From Acidimicrobiales bacterium (GTDB taxonomy: Bacteria; Actinomycetota; Acidimicrobiia; Acidimicrobiales; VFJN01), in contig DASSCS010000085.1 in NCBI GenBank assembly GCA_035697515.1, positions 5,575 through 69,574 on the forward strand: 64,000 nt of DNA, in the 5' to 3' direction. Shown one piece after another: positions 55,646 to 64,000 of the stretch. How positions within the stretch are numbered: the first letter of the stretch is position 1; every line of letters starts with the position of its first letter. Under the pieces are notes generated by a model. The model was not told the origin of the DNA, ran no database searches, and saw nothing but the letters and a program-made list of their open reading frames with translations. The translations under genes were made by a program, and so were the position numbers.

Positions 55646-58311
55646 CCGCCGCTCCGGCCGGCACGGGCGGCGACGGCACGGCGCTCGTGACCTACCCGTT
55701 CGAGCTGGATGCGTTCCAGCGCCGGGCCGTCGGCGCCCTCGACGCCGGCGAGTCGGTGCTCGTGGCAGCGCCCACCGGCGCGGGCAAGACCGTGGTGGCC
55801 GAGCACGCGGTGGCCCGGGCGCTCGCCGAGGGGGGCAAGGTCTTCTACACGACGCCCATCAAGGCGCTCTCGAACCAGAAGTTCGCCGACCTGGCCCGCC
55901 GTCACGGCACCGACAAGGTCGGCCTGCTGACCGGCGACAACAGCATCAACGGCGACGCCCCGGTGGTGGTCATGACCACCGAGGTGCTGCGCAACATGAT
56001 CTACGCCGACGCGCCCGCGCTGTCCGGGTTGCGCTTCGTGGTGCTCGACGAGGTGCACTACCTGCAGGACACCTACCGGGGTCCCGTCTGGGAGGAGGTG
56101 ATCATCCACCTGCCGGCCGAGGTGGCCCTGGTGTGCCTATCGGCGACCGTGTCGAACGCCGAGGAGCTGGCCGAGTGGCTCACCACCGTGCGCGGCCCCA
56201 CCCGGCTGGTGCTCGAGGAGGAGCGCCCGGTCGAGCTGCGCAACCTGTACCTGGTCGGCGATCGCCAGAGCGAGCGGCCCCACCTGCTGCCGACGCTCGT
56301 CGACGGCCGTCCCAACCCCGAGGCCGAGCGCCTCGACAACGACGCCGTGGCCGGCACGGGGCCACGCCGGGGCAACCGTCGGCCCCGCCGCCGCCTGTTC
56401 GCGCCCCGCCGCCCCGAGGTGATCGAGCTGCTGGGCGAGCGCGACATGCTGCCCGCGCTCTACTTCATCTTCAGCCGGATGGGCTGTGACGAGGCCGTGG
56501 CCGCGTGCCTCGACGCCGGCCTGCGGCTGACCACGCCCGACGAGCGCCGGCGCATCGGGGCCATCGTGGCCGAGCGCACGTCCGCCCTCACCGACGACGA
56601 CCTCGACGTTCTCGGCTTCGACCGCTGGGCCTCGGCGCTCGAGATGGGGCTCGCCGCCCACCACGCCGGCATGGTCCCGCCGTTCAAGGAGGCGGTCGAG
56701 GCCTGCTTCGTCGAGGGGCTGGTCAAGGCCGTGTTCGCCACCGAGACGCTGGCGCTCGGGGTCAACATGCCGGCCCGGACCGTGGTGATCGAGCGGCTGA
56801 CCAAGTTCGATGGTGAGTCGCGGGCCTTCCTGACGCCGGGGGAGTACACCCAGCTCACGGGGCGGGCCGGGCGGCGCGGCATCGACGAGCTGGGGTACGC
56901 GGTCGTGCTGTGGTCGCCGTTCGTGCCCTTCGACCAGGTCGCCGCCCTGGCCTCCAGCCGCACCTACGCGCTGCACTCGGCCTTCCGCCCCACCTACAAC
57001 ATGGCCGCCAACCTGGTGCGGCGTTACCAGCCCGCGGACGCGCACCACCTGCTCAACCTGAGCTTCGCCCAGTTCCAGGCCGACCGGGCGGTGGTGCGGT
57101 CCGAGGCCCGCATCGAGCGCCAGCAGGAGCGCCTCGCCCGGCTCGACGCCGAGGCCGCCTGCGAGCGGGGCGACGTGGACGAGTACCGGGAGCTGGTGCT
57201 GGCCGAGCGGGCCGCGTCGACGCCCACTCGAGCGGCACGGGGTGCCGTCGCCTTCGCCCTCGCCCGGATGATGCCCGGCGACGTGGTGGACGTGGCCGGC
57301 CAACGGGTCGCCGTGCTGTCGATCGCCCAGCGCAAGGGCGGCGGCGCCCGCCTGCGCGGCATCGCCGCGAGCGGCGAGCCGGTCAGCATCGGGATCGACG
57401 ACATGGTCGCCACGCCCGAGCGGCTGGGGCGTATCGACATGCCCCGCCCGTACCAGCCCAACAACCGCGCCTTCCAGCACCGTGTGGCCGACGAGCTGCG
57501 CGCGGCGCGCCTGGGGCCCCGTCGCGACGGCGGCGGGGCGGGCGACGGCGACGACGCGGGCGAGGCCGAGGGGGCGGCGTCGGCCGTGTCGGCCCATCCC
57601 GTGCACGGCTGCCCCGACCGCGACCGCCACGTGCGGGCCGCGGGTCAGCGCGAGCGGGCGCGGCGCGAGCTGGCCGACATGCGTCGCGAGGTGCGGTCGC
57701 GCACCGAGTCGCTGGCCCGCCGCTTCGACCGCGTGCTGCGCCTGCTCGAGGCCTGGGGCTATCTCGACGGCTGGGCCCTCACCGAGCGGGGCGAGCTGCT
57801 GGCCCGTACCTACCACGAGTCCGACCTGCTGGTGGCCGAGGCCATGAGCTCCGGCCTGCTCGACGGCCTCGACCCGGCGGCGCTGGCCGGGCTGGTGTCG
57901 TGCTTCACGTATGAGCACCGGGGGCCCGGCGTCCCGGCGCCGCCCTGGTTCCCGTCGCGCGAGGTGCGGGCGCGCTGGGCCGAGATCGAGCGCCTGGCCG
58001 ACGACCTGCGGGCCGACGAAGAGGCCGCAGGCCTGCCCGCCACCCGGCCACCCGACCCGGGCTTCGTCGCCCTCGCCCACGCCTGGGCCGCGGGCGAGCC
58101 GTTGGGTGAGGTGCTGGGCGACGAGGACCTGTCGGGCGGCGACTTCGTGCGCAATGTGAAGACGCTCATCGACCTCGCACGCCAGGTGGGCGACGTGGCG
58201 CCCGACCCCGCCACCGCCCGCGCGGCCCGCCAGGCCGCCGAGGCGCTGCGCCGGGGCGTGGTGTCGATCTCCTCCACGCTGGACGAGATCGCCGGCGGCG
58301 ACGAGACGTGA
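55642..58311 (+). CDS. helY: Ski2-like DEAD/DEAH-box RNA helicase HelY
   Basis: GTGA overlap with tatC. Motifs: AAPTGAGKT, VLDEVHY, LSATV, HHAGM, TETLALGVNMPA. Confidence 0.9.
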   Translation: MTAAPAGTGGDGTALVTYPFELDAFQRRAVGALDAGESVLVAAPTGAGKTVVAEHAVARALAEGGKVFYTTPIKALSNQKFADLARRHGTDKVGLLTGDNSINGDAPVVVMTTEVLRNMIYADAPALSGLRFVVLDEVHYLQDTYRGPVWEEVIIHLPAEVALVCLSATVSNAEELAEWLTTVRGPTRLVLEEERPVELRNLYLVGDRQSERPHLLPTLVDGRPNPEAERLDNDAVAGTGPRRGNRRPRRRLFAPRRPEVIELLGERDMLPALYFIFSRMGCDEAVAACLDAGLRLTTPDERRRIGAIVAERTSALTDDDLDVLGFDRWASALEMGLAAHHAGMVPPFKEAVEACFVEGLVKAVFATETLALGVNMPARTVVIERLTKFDGESRAFLTPGEYTQLTGRAGRRGIDELGYAVVLWSPFVPFDQVAALASSRTYALHSAFRPTYNMAANLVRRYQPADAHHLLNLSFAQFQADRAVVRSEARIERQQERLARLDAEAACERGDVDEYRELVLAERAASTPTRAARGAVAFALARMMPGDVVDVAGQRVAVLSIAQRKGGGARLRGIAASGEPVSIGIDDMVATPERLGRIDMPRPYQPNNRAFQHRVADELRAARLGPRRDGGGAGDGDDAGEAEGAASAVSAHPVHGCPDRDRHVRAAGQRERARRELADMRREVRSRTESLARRFDRVLRLLEAWGYLDGWALTERGELLARTYHESDLLVAEAMSSGLLDGLDPAALAGLVSCFTYEHRGPGVPAPPWFPSREVRARWAEIERLADDLRADEEAAGLPATRPPDPGFVALAHAWAAGEPLGEVLGDEDLSGGDFVRNVKTLIDLARQVGDVAPDPATARAARQAAEALRRGVVSISSTLDEIAGGDET

Positions 58312-58372
58312 GGGCCCGTCGGGGGGAGGCGTGGGGGGCTCCCGTGGGCGGGACCTCGGGCGGCGAGGCGGC

Positions 58373-58990
58373 GTGACCGTCCGCAGGGGCGAGGCGTGGG
58401 GCGCGGCCGGCGGCGTGCCCGAGGATGGCGTGGTCGTCGGCTCCGACGCCGAGGCCCGGCGCGCCGTCACGGCCGCTCGGCGCGCCGGTGAGCCCGTACC
58501 GGTGCTGCGCCTGGCGGGAGGCGACCTGTGCCGCACGCTGGGCGGGCGGGGCGACCTGGCCCGCCTGCACGGTGCCGTCGGCGCCCATGTGCCGGTCGAC
58601 CTGGGGTCGGTGCTGGTCGACGGCGTGCAGCACTGGTTCGTCGCCCATCTGGTCGCCCGGGGCTCGTGGTGGCGCGGGCGCATCGTGGCGGCCATGAACG
58701 CCGAGTTCCTGGGCGCCTGGGACGTGGCCCCCCGAGCCCACCCCGGTGACGGGTTGCTCGACGTGCTCGACGTGTCGGCGGCCATGTCGCTCGCCGAGCG
58801 TTTCGAGGCGCGGCGTCGCCTGCCCACCGGCGGCCACCTGCCCCACCCCGCCATCGCAGTGCAGCGCCGTCCGGCCGTGCAGGTCGATCTCGACGGGCCG
58901 ACGCCGGTGTGGCTCGACGGCGAGCCGGTCGGACGGGCCCGCCGCCTGTCGATCCGGGTCGAGCCCGACGCCCTGACCTGCGTGGTCTGA
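58373..58990 (+). CDS. hypothetical protein with diacylglycerol-kinase-like accessory-domain features
   Basis: VAPRAHPGDGLLDVLDV resembles the DAGK/YegS C-terminal beta-sandwich motif. No N-terminal GGDG kinase motif seen. The start is GTG 58373 or GTG 58331. Confidence 0.5.
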   Translation: MTVRRGEAWGAAGGVPEDGVVVGSDAEARRAVTAARRAGEPVPVLRLAGGDLCRTLGGRGDLARLHGAVGAHVPVDLGSVLVDGVQHWFVAHLVARGSWWRGRIVAAMNAEFLGAWDVAPRAHPGDGLLDVLDVSAAMSLAERFEARRRLPTGGHLPHPAIAVQRRPAVQVDLDGPTPVWLDGEPVGRARRLSIRVEPDALTCVV

Positions 58991-59093
58991 GGCCGCATGA
59001 CGCCCCGACCTGCGTGAACCGAGGGCGCCGACGCGCTCGACCTGCGTGAACCGAGAGCACCGGCCGGCCGACCTGCGTCGCCGGAGGCCCGCG
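58966..59093. repeat. four tandem ~32-bp direct repeats (core GACCTGCGT, 18-nt perfect core CGACCTGCGTGAACCGAG in units 2 and 3)
   Basis: Core copies start at 58975, 59007, 59039 and 59070 (spacing 32, 32, 31). Unit 1 is the last codons plus stop of the upstream CDS. By hand alignment, unit 1 vs 2 is 25/32 identical and unit 2 vs 3 is 23/32. Confidence 0.8.
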
Positions 59094-59107
59094 TTAGCGT
59101 CGCTGCC

Positions 59108-60091
59108 GTGCGCGCCTGGATCCTGGACGAGTCGCCCGGTAGCTACCGCGAGGGCGAGGTCGACGACCCGCCGGTGGGGTCGGGCGACGTGCGGGTGCGG
59201 CCGGTGGCCTCGGCGCTCAACCACATGGACCTCTGGCTCACCCAGGGGCTGCCCCGCCCCGCGTTGCCTCACGTGCCGGGCTGCGACGTGGCCGGCGTGG
59301 TCGAGTCGGTGGGCGCCGAGGTCGACCATGTGGCCCCCGGCGACGAGGTCGTGACCAATCCCGCGGTGTCGACCCTCGACGCAGTGGTGACCTACGGCAT
59401 CGACTCGCCCCTCGGCGCAGGGTTCCAGATCGTCGGGGAGCACCGTTGGGGCGGCCACGCCGACCTGGTGGTCGTGCCCGGGCGCAACGTGGTCGCCCGG
59501 CCGCCGGGCCGTACGTGGGAGGAGTGCGCCGCCTACCCGCTGGCCACGCTGACCGCATGGCGCATGCTGCGCCGTGCCCGGCTCACGGCCGGCGAGTCGG
59601 TGCTGATCGTGGGCATCGGCGGGGGAGTGAGCGCCGCAGCCCTGGCGCTCGCCCGGCGGTCGGGCGCCACGGTGTACGCCACCTCGCGCGACGAGGCCAA
59701 GCGCCGGCGGGCGGTGGCGGCGGGCGCGGCCGACGCCTTCGACTCCGGGTCCGACTGGCCGGTGACGGTCGACGTGGTGGTCGAGAGCGTGGGGCCCGCC
59801 ACCTGGGACCGCTCGGTGCGGGCGCTGCGGCCCGGCGGGCGGCTCGTCGTGTGCGGCGGCACGTCGGGGCCCAAGGTCGAACTGAACCTGCCCCGGCTGT
59901 TCTTCAAGCAGATCGAGATCATCGGCTCGACCATGGGCTCGTACCCCGAGTTCGATCAGGTCACTCGCCTGGTGGCGACGGGGCTGCCCGTGCAGGTCGA
60001 CGACGTGTTCGACCGTGCCGACTACCCGGCGGCGCTGGAGCGCCTCCGCCGCGGCGACCAGCTGGGGAAGGTCGTGATGCGCCACGGGTAG
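59108..60091 (+). CDS. MDR-family zinc-type alcohol dehydrogenase / quinone oxidoreductase
   Basis: ALNHMDLW, PHVPGCDVAGVV, LIVGIGGGVS (Rossmann) and GKVVMRH. Confidence 0.85.
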   Translation: MRAWILDESPGSYREGEVDDPPVGSGDVRVRPVASALNHMDLWLTQGLPRPALPHVPGCDVAGVVESVGAEVDHVAPGDEVVTNPAVSTLDAVVTYGIDSPLGAGFQIVGEHRWGGHADLVVVPGRNVVARPPGRTWEECAAYPLATLTAWRMLRRARLTAGESVLIVGIGGGVSAAALALARRSGATVYATSRDEAKRRRAVAAGAADAFDSGSDWPVTVDVVVESVGPATWDRSVRALRPGGRLVVCGGTSGPKVELNLPRLFFKQIEIIGSTMGSYPEFDQVTRLVATGLPVQVDDVFDRADYPAALERLRRGDQLGKVVMRHG

Positions 60092-60128
60092 CCCGGCCCG
60101 TCGGGTCGTCCGGCACTAGCGTGGACCG

Positions 60129-61334
60129 ATGGAGCCGACTCCCCTCAGCGAGGCCAAGGCCCGGTTGGCCGCCGAGATCGACAAGCGCGCCGACGTTCTG
60201 GTGGACGTGTCGCACCAGATCCACGCCAACCCCGAGCTGTGCTTCGAGGAGCGGTTCGCCCACGACCTGCTCACGGGCGTGCTCGAGAGCGAGGGCCTGG
60301 CGGTCGCCCGCTCGGCCCGGGGGGTCGCCACCGCCTTCGAGGCCGCGGCGGGCAGCGCCGGCCCCCGGGTGGCCGTGGTGTGCGAGTACGACGCGCTGCC
60401 CGGCATCGGTCACGCCTGCGGCCACAACGTCATCGCCGCCGCGGGGCTGGGCGCCGGCCTGGCCGCCGCCGCGCTGGCCGACGGTCTGGGCGGCCGGGTG
60501 CTCGTGGTCGGCACGCCCGCCGAGGAAGGTGGCGGCGGCAAGGTGCCGCTGATCGACGGCGGCACGTTCGCCGACGTCGAGGCCGCGCTGATGGTCCATC
60601 CCGCCGATGCGGACCTGGCCGCGATGGACGTGATGGCCCTGCACCAGGTGCATGTCACCTACGCCGGCGAGGCGGCCCATGCCGCGGCCGCCCCGCACAT
60701 GGGCCGCAACGCGCTCGACGCCGCCGTGCTCGGCTACGTCAACGTGGCGGCCCTGCGCCAGCACATCGACCCGTCCGAGCGGGTGCACGGGATCATCACC
60801 GACGGGGGCGATCGCGCCAACATCGTGCCCCACGTCGCCCGGGCCGAGTGGATCGTGCGCTCGTCCACCGTCTCCCACCTCGAGGCGCTCGAGCGGCGGG
60901 TGCTGGCCTGCCTGCAGGCGGGCGCCGACGCGGCGGGCTGCGACCTGCACGTCGAGTGGATCGACCCCGTGTACGCCGACATGATCGACAACGCCGCCAT
61001 CGTCGAGCGCTACCAGGCCAACGCTCTGGCACTGGGCCGCACCGTCCGGGCTCCCTCGGCCTCGGCCCGGGTGGTGGGCAGCACCGACATGGGCAACGTC
61101 AGCTACGCGGTGCCCGCGATCCACCCGATGATCCAGGTGGCGCCACCGGGCGTGCCCATCCACACCCCGGCCTTCGCCGGCTTCGCGGCGGGGCCGGAGG
61201 GCGACCGTGCGGTCATCGACGGCGCCAAGGCCCTGGCCTTCACGGTCGCCGACCTGTGGCTCGACGCCGGGCTGGTCGAGCGGGCCCGGGCCGAGTGGCG
61301 GGCCGAGTTGGGCGCGCGGGGCGGGGCGCCGTGA
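60129..61334 (+). CDS. M20 family amidohydrolase/metallopeptidase
   Basis: HANPELCFEE, EYDALPGIGHACGHN, GTPAEEGGGGK and HTPAF. Confidence 0.85.
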   Translation: MEPTPLSEAKARLAAEIDKRADVLVDVSHQIHANPELCFEERFAHDLLTGVLESEGLAVARSARGVATAFEAAAGSAGPRVAVVCEYDALPGIGHACGHNVIAAAGLGAGLAAAALADGLGGRVLVVGTPAEEGGGGKVPLIDGGTFADVEAALMVHPADADLAAMDVMALHQVHVTYAGEAAHAAAAPHMGRNALDAAVLGYVNVAALRQHIDPSERVHGIITDGGDRANIVPHVARAEWIVRSSTVSHLEALERRVLACLQAGADAAGCDLHVEWIDPVYADMIDNAAIVERYQANALALGRTVRAPSASARVVGSTDMGNVSYAVPAIHPMIQVAPPGVPIHTPAFAGFAAGPEGDRAVIDGAKALAFTVADLWLDAGLVERARAEWRAELGARGGAP

Positions 61335-61410
61335 GGGCGGCCGGCGACCCGGGCCGGCGCCTCCGGGATCCCCGAGCGCGCGCCGCCGCCGTCGTACGAT
61401 CTGGCCCCCT

Positions 61411-63021
61411 ATGACGGTCTACGTCAGCGAGGACTTCACCCCCGCCGAGGCCGACGTGCTCCGCCGGTACTTCACCAACCTCGACGGGCCCGTGTTCGCC
61501 CTCGTCAACCTGCCCGAGGTCGTCAAGGGGGCGCTGTTCGCCCGCTACTCGCGCTCGCCCAAGAGCCTGCGCCGGCTGTTCCTCGACGAGTTCGTCGGCG
61601 ACCTCGACATCACCGGCGACGCCACCATCGACGCCACAGTGGGGCTGCAGCGGGCCGAGGAGCTGTACGACCGGGTCTTCTTCGAGTACGGCGACGACTC
61701 CGTGGCCCAGCTCGGGGGCGTGCACCTGGCGTGCGAGCAGGCGTCGAACCTGCTCACCAAGGTGCTCGAGTGGGGTCGGCTCATGTCGTACCTCGAGCAG
61801 AGCACCCGCTACATCGCGTACGACGCCCGCCTCGGCGGGCGCTACCGCTACTACCGCGACCCCGAGGTGCTGGGCAGCCCGTTGGGCCTGCGCTACGTGG
61901 GCGACCTCGACCGGATGTTCGACTCCTACGCCGAGCTGGCCGCCGCCATGCTCGACCACTTCCGCGACCGCTACCCCCGCCAGCCCGGCGACAGCGACTT
62001 CGTGCACCGCCAGGCGCTCAAGGCCAAGGCGCTCGACGCGGTGCGGGGCGCCCTGCCCGCCGCGGCGCTCTCGAACGTGGGCATCTACGGCACCGGGCAG
62101 GCCTACGAGGCCCTGCTGCTGCGCATGCGGGCCCACCCCCTGCCGGAGGCCCGCGCCTACGCCGATCTCATGCTCACCGAGCTGCGCAAGGTGATCCCCA
62201 GCTTCCTCAAGCGGGTCGACCTGACCGACCGGGGCGTGGCCGCCAGCACCTACCTGGCCACCACGCGCACCGCCATGGACGACATCGCCGGCCGCCTGTT
62301 CCCCGACGAGGGCCCCGAGGCGGGCGGCGGCCCGCACGTCGAGCTGGTCGAGTTCGACCCCGACGCCGAGGTGCGGCTCGTCACCGCCATGCTCTACCCC
62401 CACACCGACCGGCCCGAGGCCGAGATCGAGCGGCGGGTGGGCGACATGACCGTCGACGAGCGTCTGGCCGTCGTGCGGGCGTACGTGGGCGACCGCACCA
62501 ACCGGCGCCACCGCCCCGGCCGGGCGTTCGAGCGGCCGAGCTACCGGTTCGACATACTGGCCGACTACGGGGCGTTCCGCGACCTGCAGCGGCACCGCAT
62601 GCTCACCGTCGAATGGCAGCCGCTGTCGCCGCGCCACGGCTACACGCGGCCCGAGGCCGTCGACGACGCCGGTTGGGGCGCCGCGTTCGACGAGACGATG
62701 GAGCGCTCGGCCGCCCTGCACGAGGGGCTGGCCGAGCGCTTCCCCGCCCAGGCGCCCTACGCGGTGGCGCTCGCCTACCGCCTGCGCTTCGTCATGCAGC
62801 TGAACGCCCGCGAGGCCATGCACCTGATCGAGTTGCGCAGCGCGCCCCAGGGCCATCCCGCCTACCGCAGCGTCGCCCAGCAGATGCACCGGCTCATCGC
62901 CGAGCGGGCCGGCCACCACGCCGTGGCCGAGGCCATGCGGTTCGCCGACCACTCGCCCGAACCCCGGCTCGGGCGGCTGGCGAGCGAGCGCCGGGCAGCG
63001 CAGCGCCGGCTGTCACGCTGA
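61411..63021 (+). CDS. large FAD-dependent thymidylate synthase (ThyX)-like protein
   Basis: MTVYVSEDFT...VKGALFARYSRS, with the ThyX motif in FRDLQRHRMLT, and ELRSAPQGHPAYR. The track ORF opens upstream at 61207. Confidence 0.8.
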   Translation: MTVYVSEDFTPAEADVLRRYFTNLDGPVFALVNLPEVVKGALFARYSRSPKSLRRLFLDEFVGDLDITGDATIDATVGLQRAEELYDRVFFEYGDDSVAQLGGVHLACEQASNLLTKVLEWGRLMSYLEQSTRYIAYDARLGGRYRYYRDPEVLGSPLGLRYVGDLDRMFDSYAELAAAMLDHFRDRYPRQPGDSDFVHRQALKAKALDAVRGALPAAALSNVGIYGTGQAYEALLLRMRAHPLPEARAYADLMLTELRKVIPSFLKRVDLTDRGVAASTYLATTRTAMDDIAGRLFPDEGPEAGGGPHVELVEFDPDAEVRLVTAMLYPHTDRPEAEIERRVGDMTVDERLAVVRAYVGDRTNRRHRPGRAFERPSYRFDILADYGAFRDLQRHRMLTVEWQPLSPRHGYTRPEAVDDAGWGAAFDETMERSAALHEGLAERFPAQAPYAVALAYRLRFVMQLNAREAMHLIELRSAPQGHPAYRSVAQQMHRLIAERAGHHAVAEAMRFADHSPEPRLGRLASERRAAQRRLSR

Positions 63022-63166
63022 GTAGCGTCGGCACGCGATGTGATCTGTGTCACAGCACGTGTTGGCCTCCGCGTCGCTACCCTGACCCGCCTCGCGGCCT
63101 GGTTCTGATCCGGGTGAGCAGCGTGTCTATGATCCCGGCCGCGCATGGCAGATCCTGAAGGACCCG

Positions 63167-63658
63167 ATGTCTGACGACGACACCCCCGACGATGACTTCG
63201 AGGCCGAGGCCCCCGAGGACGTGTTCACCGACGAGCCCGAGGATCTCGACGACGAGGTCGAGGTCTTCGACGACTTCGACGACGAGGCCGAGGTCGTCGT
63301 CGAGGACGACGACGAGGCCGACGTGGTCGTCCCCGCGGCCGCCGTCCCCGCCGCGAAGGCGACGGCGACCAAGGCCCGCAAGGCGAGCGACGACGAGGAC
63401 GACGAGGAGGAGGACGACGATCTCGATCCCGACGACGTCGAGGCCGACCTCGACGCCATCCTCAAGGACCGCATCGCCGCACAACCCGAGGACGAGGACG
63501 ACGAGGACGAGGCGCCCGAGCCCGACGACCGCAGCGACGGCGCCGGCCGCATCCAACCCAAGAAGGCCGACGAGTTCGTCTGCCAGTCGTGCTTCCTGGT
63601 CAAGCACCGCCGCCAGCTCGCCGACGAGACCCTCATGCTCTGCGTGGACTGCGTCTGA
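63167..63658 (+). CDS. DUF4193 family protein (acidic N-terminus, C-terminal Cys4 motif)
   Basis: C-terminal KKADEFVCQSCFLVKHRRQLADETLMLCVDCV is the DUF4193 signature. The N-terminal 130 aa are Asp/Glu-rich. Confidence 0.8.
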   Translation: MSDDDTPDDDFEAEAPEDVFTDEPEDLDDEVEVFDDFDDEAEVVVEDDDEADVVVPAAAVPAAKATATKARKASDDEDDEEEDDDLDPDDVEADLDAILKDRIAAQPEDEDDEDEAPEPDDRSDGAGRIQPKKADEFVCQSCFLVKHRRQLADETLMLCVDCV

Positions 63659-63670
63659 GATGATCGTGCC

Positions 63671-64000
63671 GTGACCACCGACGACGAGAAAGCACCCCTC
63701 GACCAACTGGTCGACCAGGCGGCCGACCTCTTCGTCTACGCGCCCATCGGCCTGTTCTTCGAGGCCCACTCGCTGCTGCCCAAGCTGGCCGAGCAGGGGC
63801 GGGTCCACGCCCGCAACGCCCGGATGTTCGGCCAGTTCGCGGTCCGCCACGGCGAGGCTCAGCTCAAACGCCGGCTCGAGGGTCTCGAGGACCAGGCCGC
63901 GGGGCTGCTGCGCACGTTCGGGCTCGTGGGCGACGAGCCTGGCGAGGTGCCCGAGTCCGCCCGCCCGGACGCCCCCGCGGGCGGGAGCGCGTCGACGGCC
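63671..64000 (+). CDS. hypothetical protein, 5' part (runs off the window)
   Basis: GTG 63671. My hand translation VTTDDEKAPLDQLVDQAADLFVYAPIGLFFEAHSLLPKLAEQGRVHARNARMFGQFAVRHGEAQLKRRLEG... stays open to the window end. High GC3. Confidence 0.45.
   Translation, partial: MTTDDEKAPLDQLVDQAADLFVYAPIGLFFEAHSLLPKLAEQGRVHARNARMFGQFAVRHGEAQLKRRLEGLEDQAAGLLRTFGLVGDEPGEVPESARPDAPAGGSASTA

Noticed and set aside
58966-59093. Possible CRISPR array, because of the regular ~32-bp periodicity.
   Set aside because: There are only four contiguous degenerate units with no intervening unique spacers and no cas genes in the window. I interpret it as a tandem direct repeat instead.
1-64000. Scan for tRNA, rRNA, tmRNA and other structured RNA genes.
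   Set aside because: I saw no T-arm-like GGTTCGAATCC/GTTCGAGTC motifs outside coding frames. All gaps over 100 bp are accounted for as promoters, spacers or the remnant at 16377-16653. A covariance-model search (Infernal/Rfam, tRNAscan-SE) would be needed to exclude small RNAs.

Overview
This is a densely coding, very GC-rich (about 70% or more by eye) chromosomal segment with actinobacterial gene content and synteny. The presence of ttuA, DUF3866, a split ADP-forming acetyl-CoA synthetase and fbiC would fit a deep-branching lineage such as Acidimicrobiia, but I cannot place it without a database search. I can support about 70 protein-coding genes. I saw no rRNA, tRNA, CRISPR array, transposase, integrase or prophage block.

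Layout:
- 1-19.7 kb: mixed housekeeping and accessory genes. These include pyruvate kinase, a large wHTH-STAND regulator, a patatin lipase, a tandem KAS III pair, DUF3048, a PLP decarboxylase, mobA, rhodanese, RNase D and a GH13 alpha-glucosidase.
- 19.7-29.4 kb: one long minus-strand array reading tkt, tal, pgl, membrane adenylate cyclase, fbiC, a LOG-family protein, a hyper-acidic peptide and a 3-TM protein.
- 29.4-37 kb: FIST sensor, TetR, split ADP-forming acyl-CoA synthetase, PBP4, a LON-N domain protein and a small membrane-protein trio.
- 37-58.3 kb: ttuB-like, ttuA and trmI, followed by a complete Pup-proteasome locus in the mycobacterial order. That order is mpa, dop, pup, prcB, prcA, pafA, [padR-VOC, DUF3866], pafB, pafC, lepB, tatA, tatC, helY.
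- 58.3-64 kb: an MDR oxidoreductase, an M20 amidohydrolase, a large ThyX-like protein and DUF4193.

Many neighbouring genes overlap by 4 nt (GTGA/ATGA), which suggests translational coupling. Most long ORFs in the six-frame track are Arg/Pro/Gly-rich shadow ORFs of real genes, or read-through fusions of several genes, so I re-derived starts by hand.

Nothing here is demonstrably a new system. The most unexplained items are:
- the LOG / acidic peptide / 3-TM tail of the minus-strand array;
- the coupled ttuB-ttuA-trmI operon, with a G7 run at the Ubl C-terminus;
- DUF3866 tightly linked to pafBC;
- a 4 x 32-bp tandem repeat at 58966-59093;
- two genes whose conserved N-termini lie upstream of any canonical start codon.
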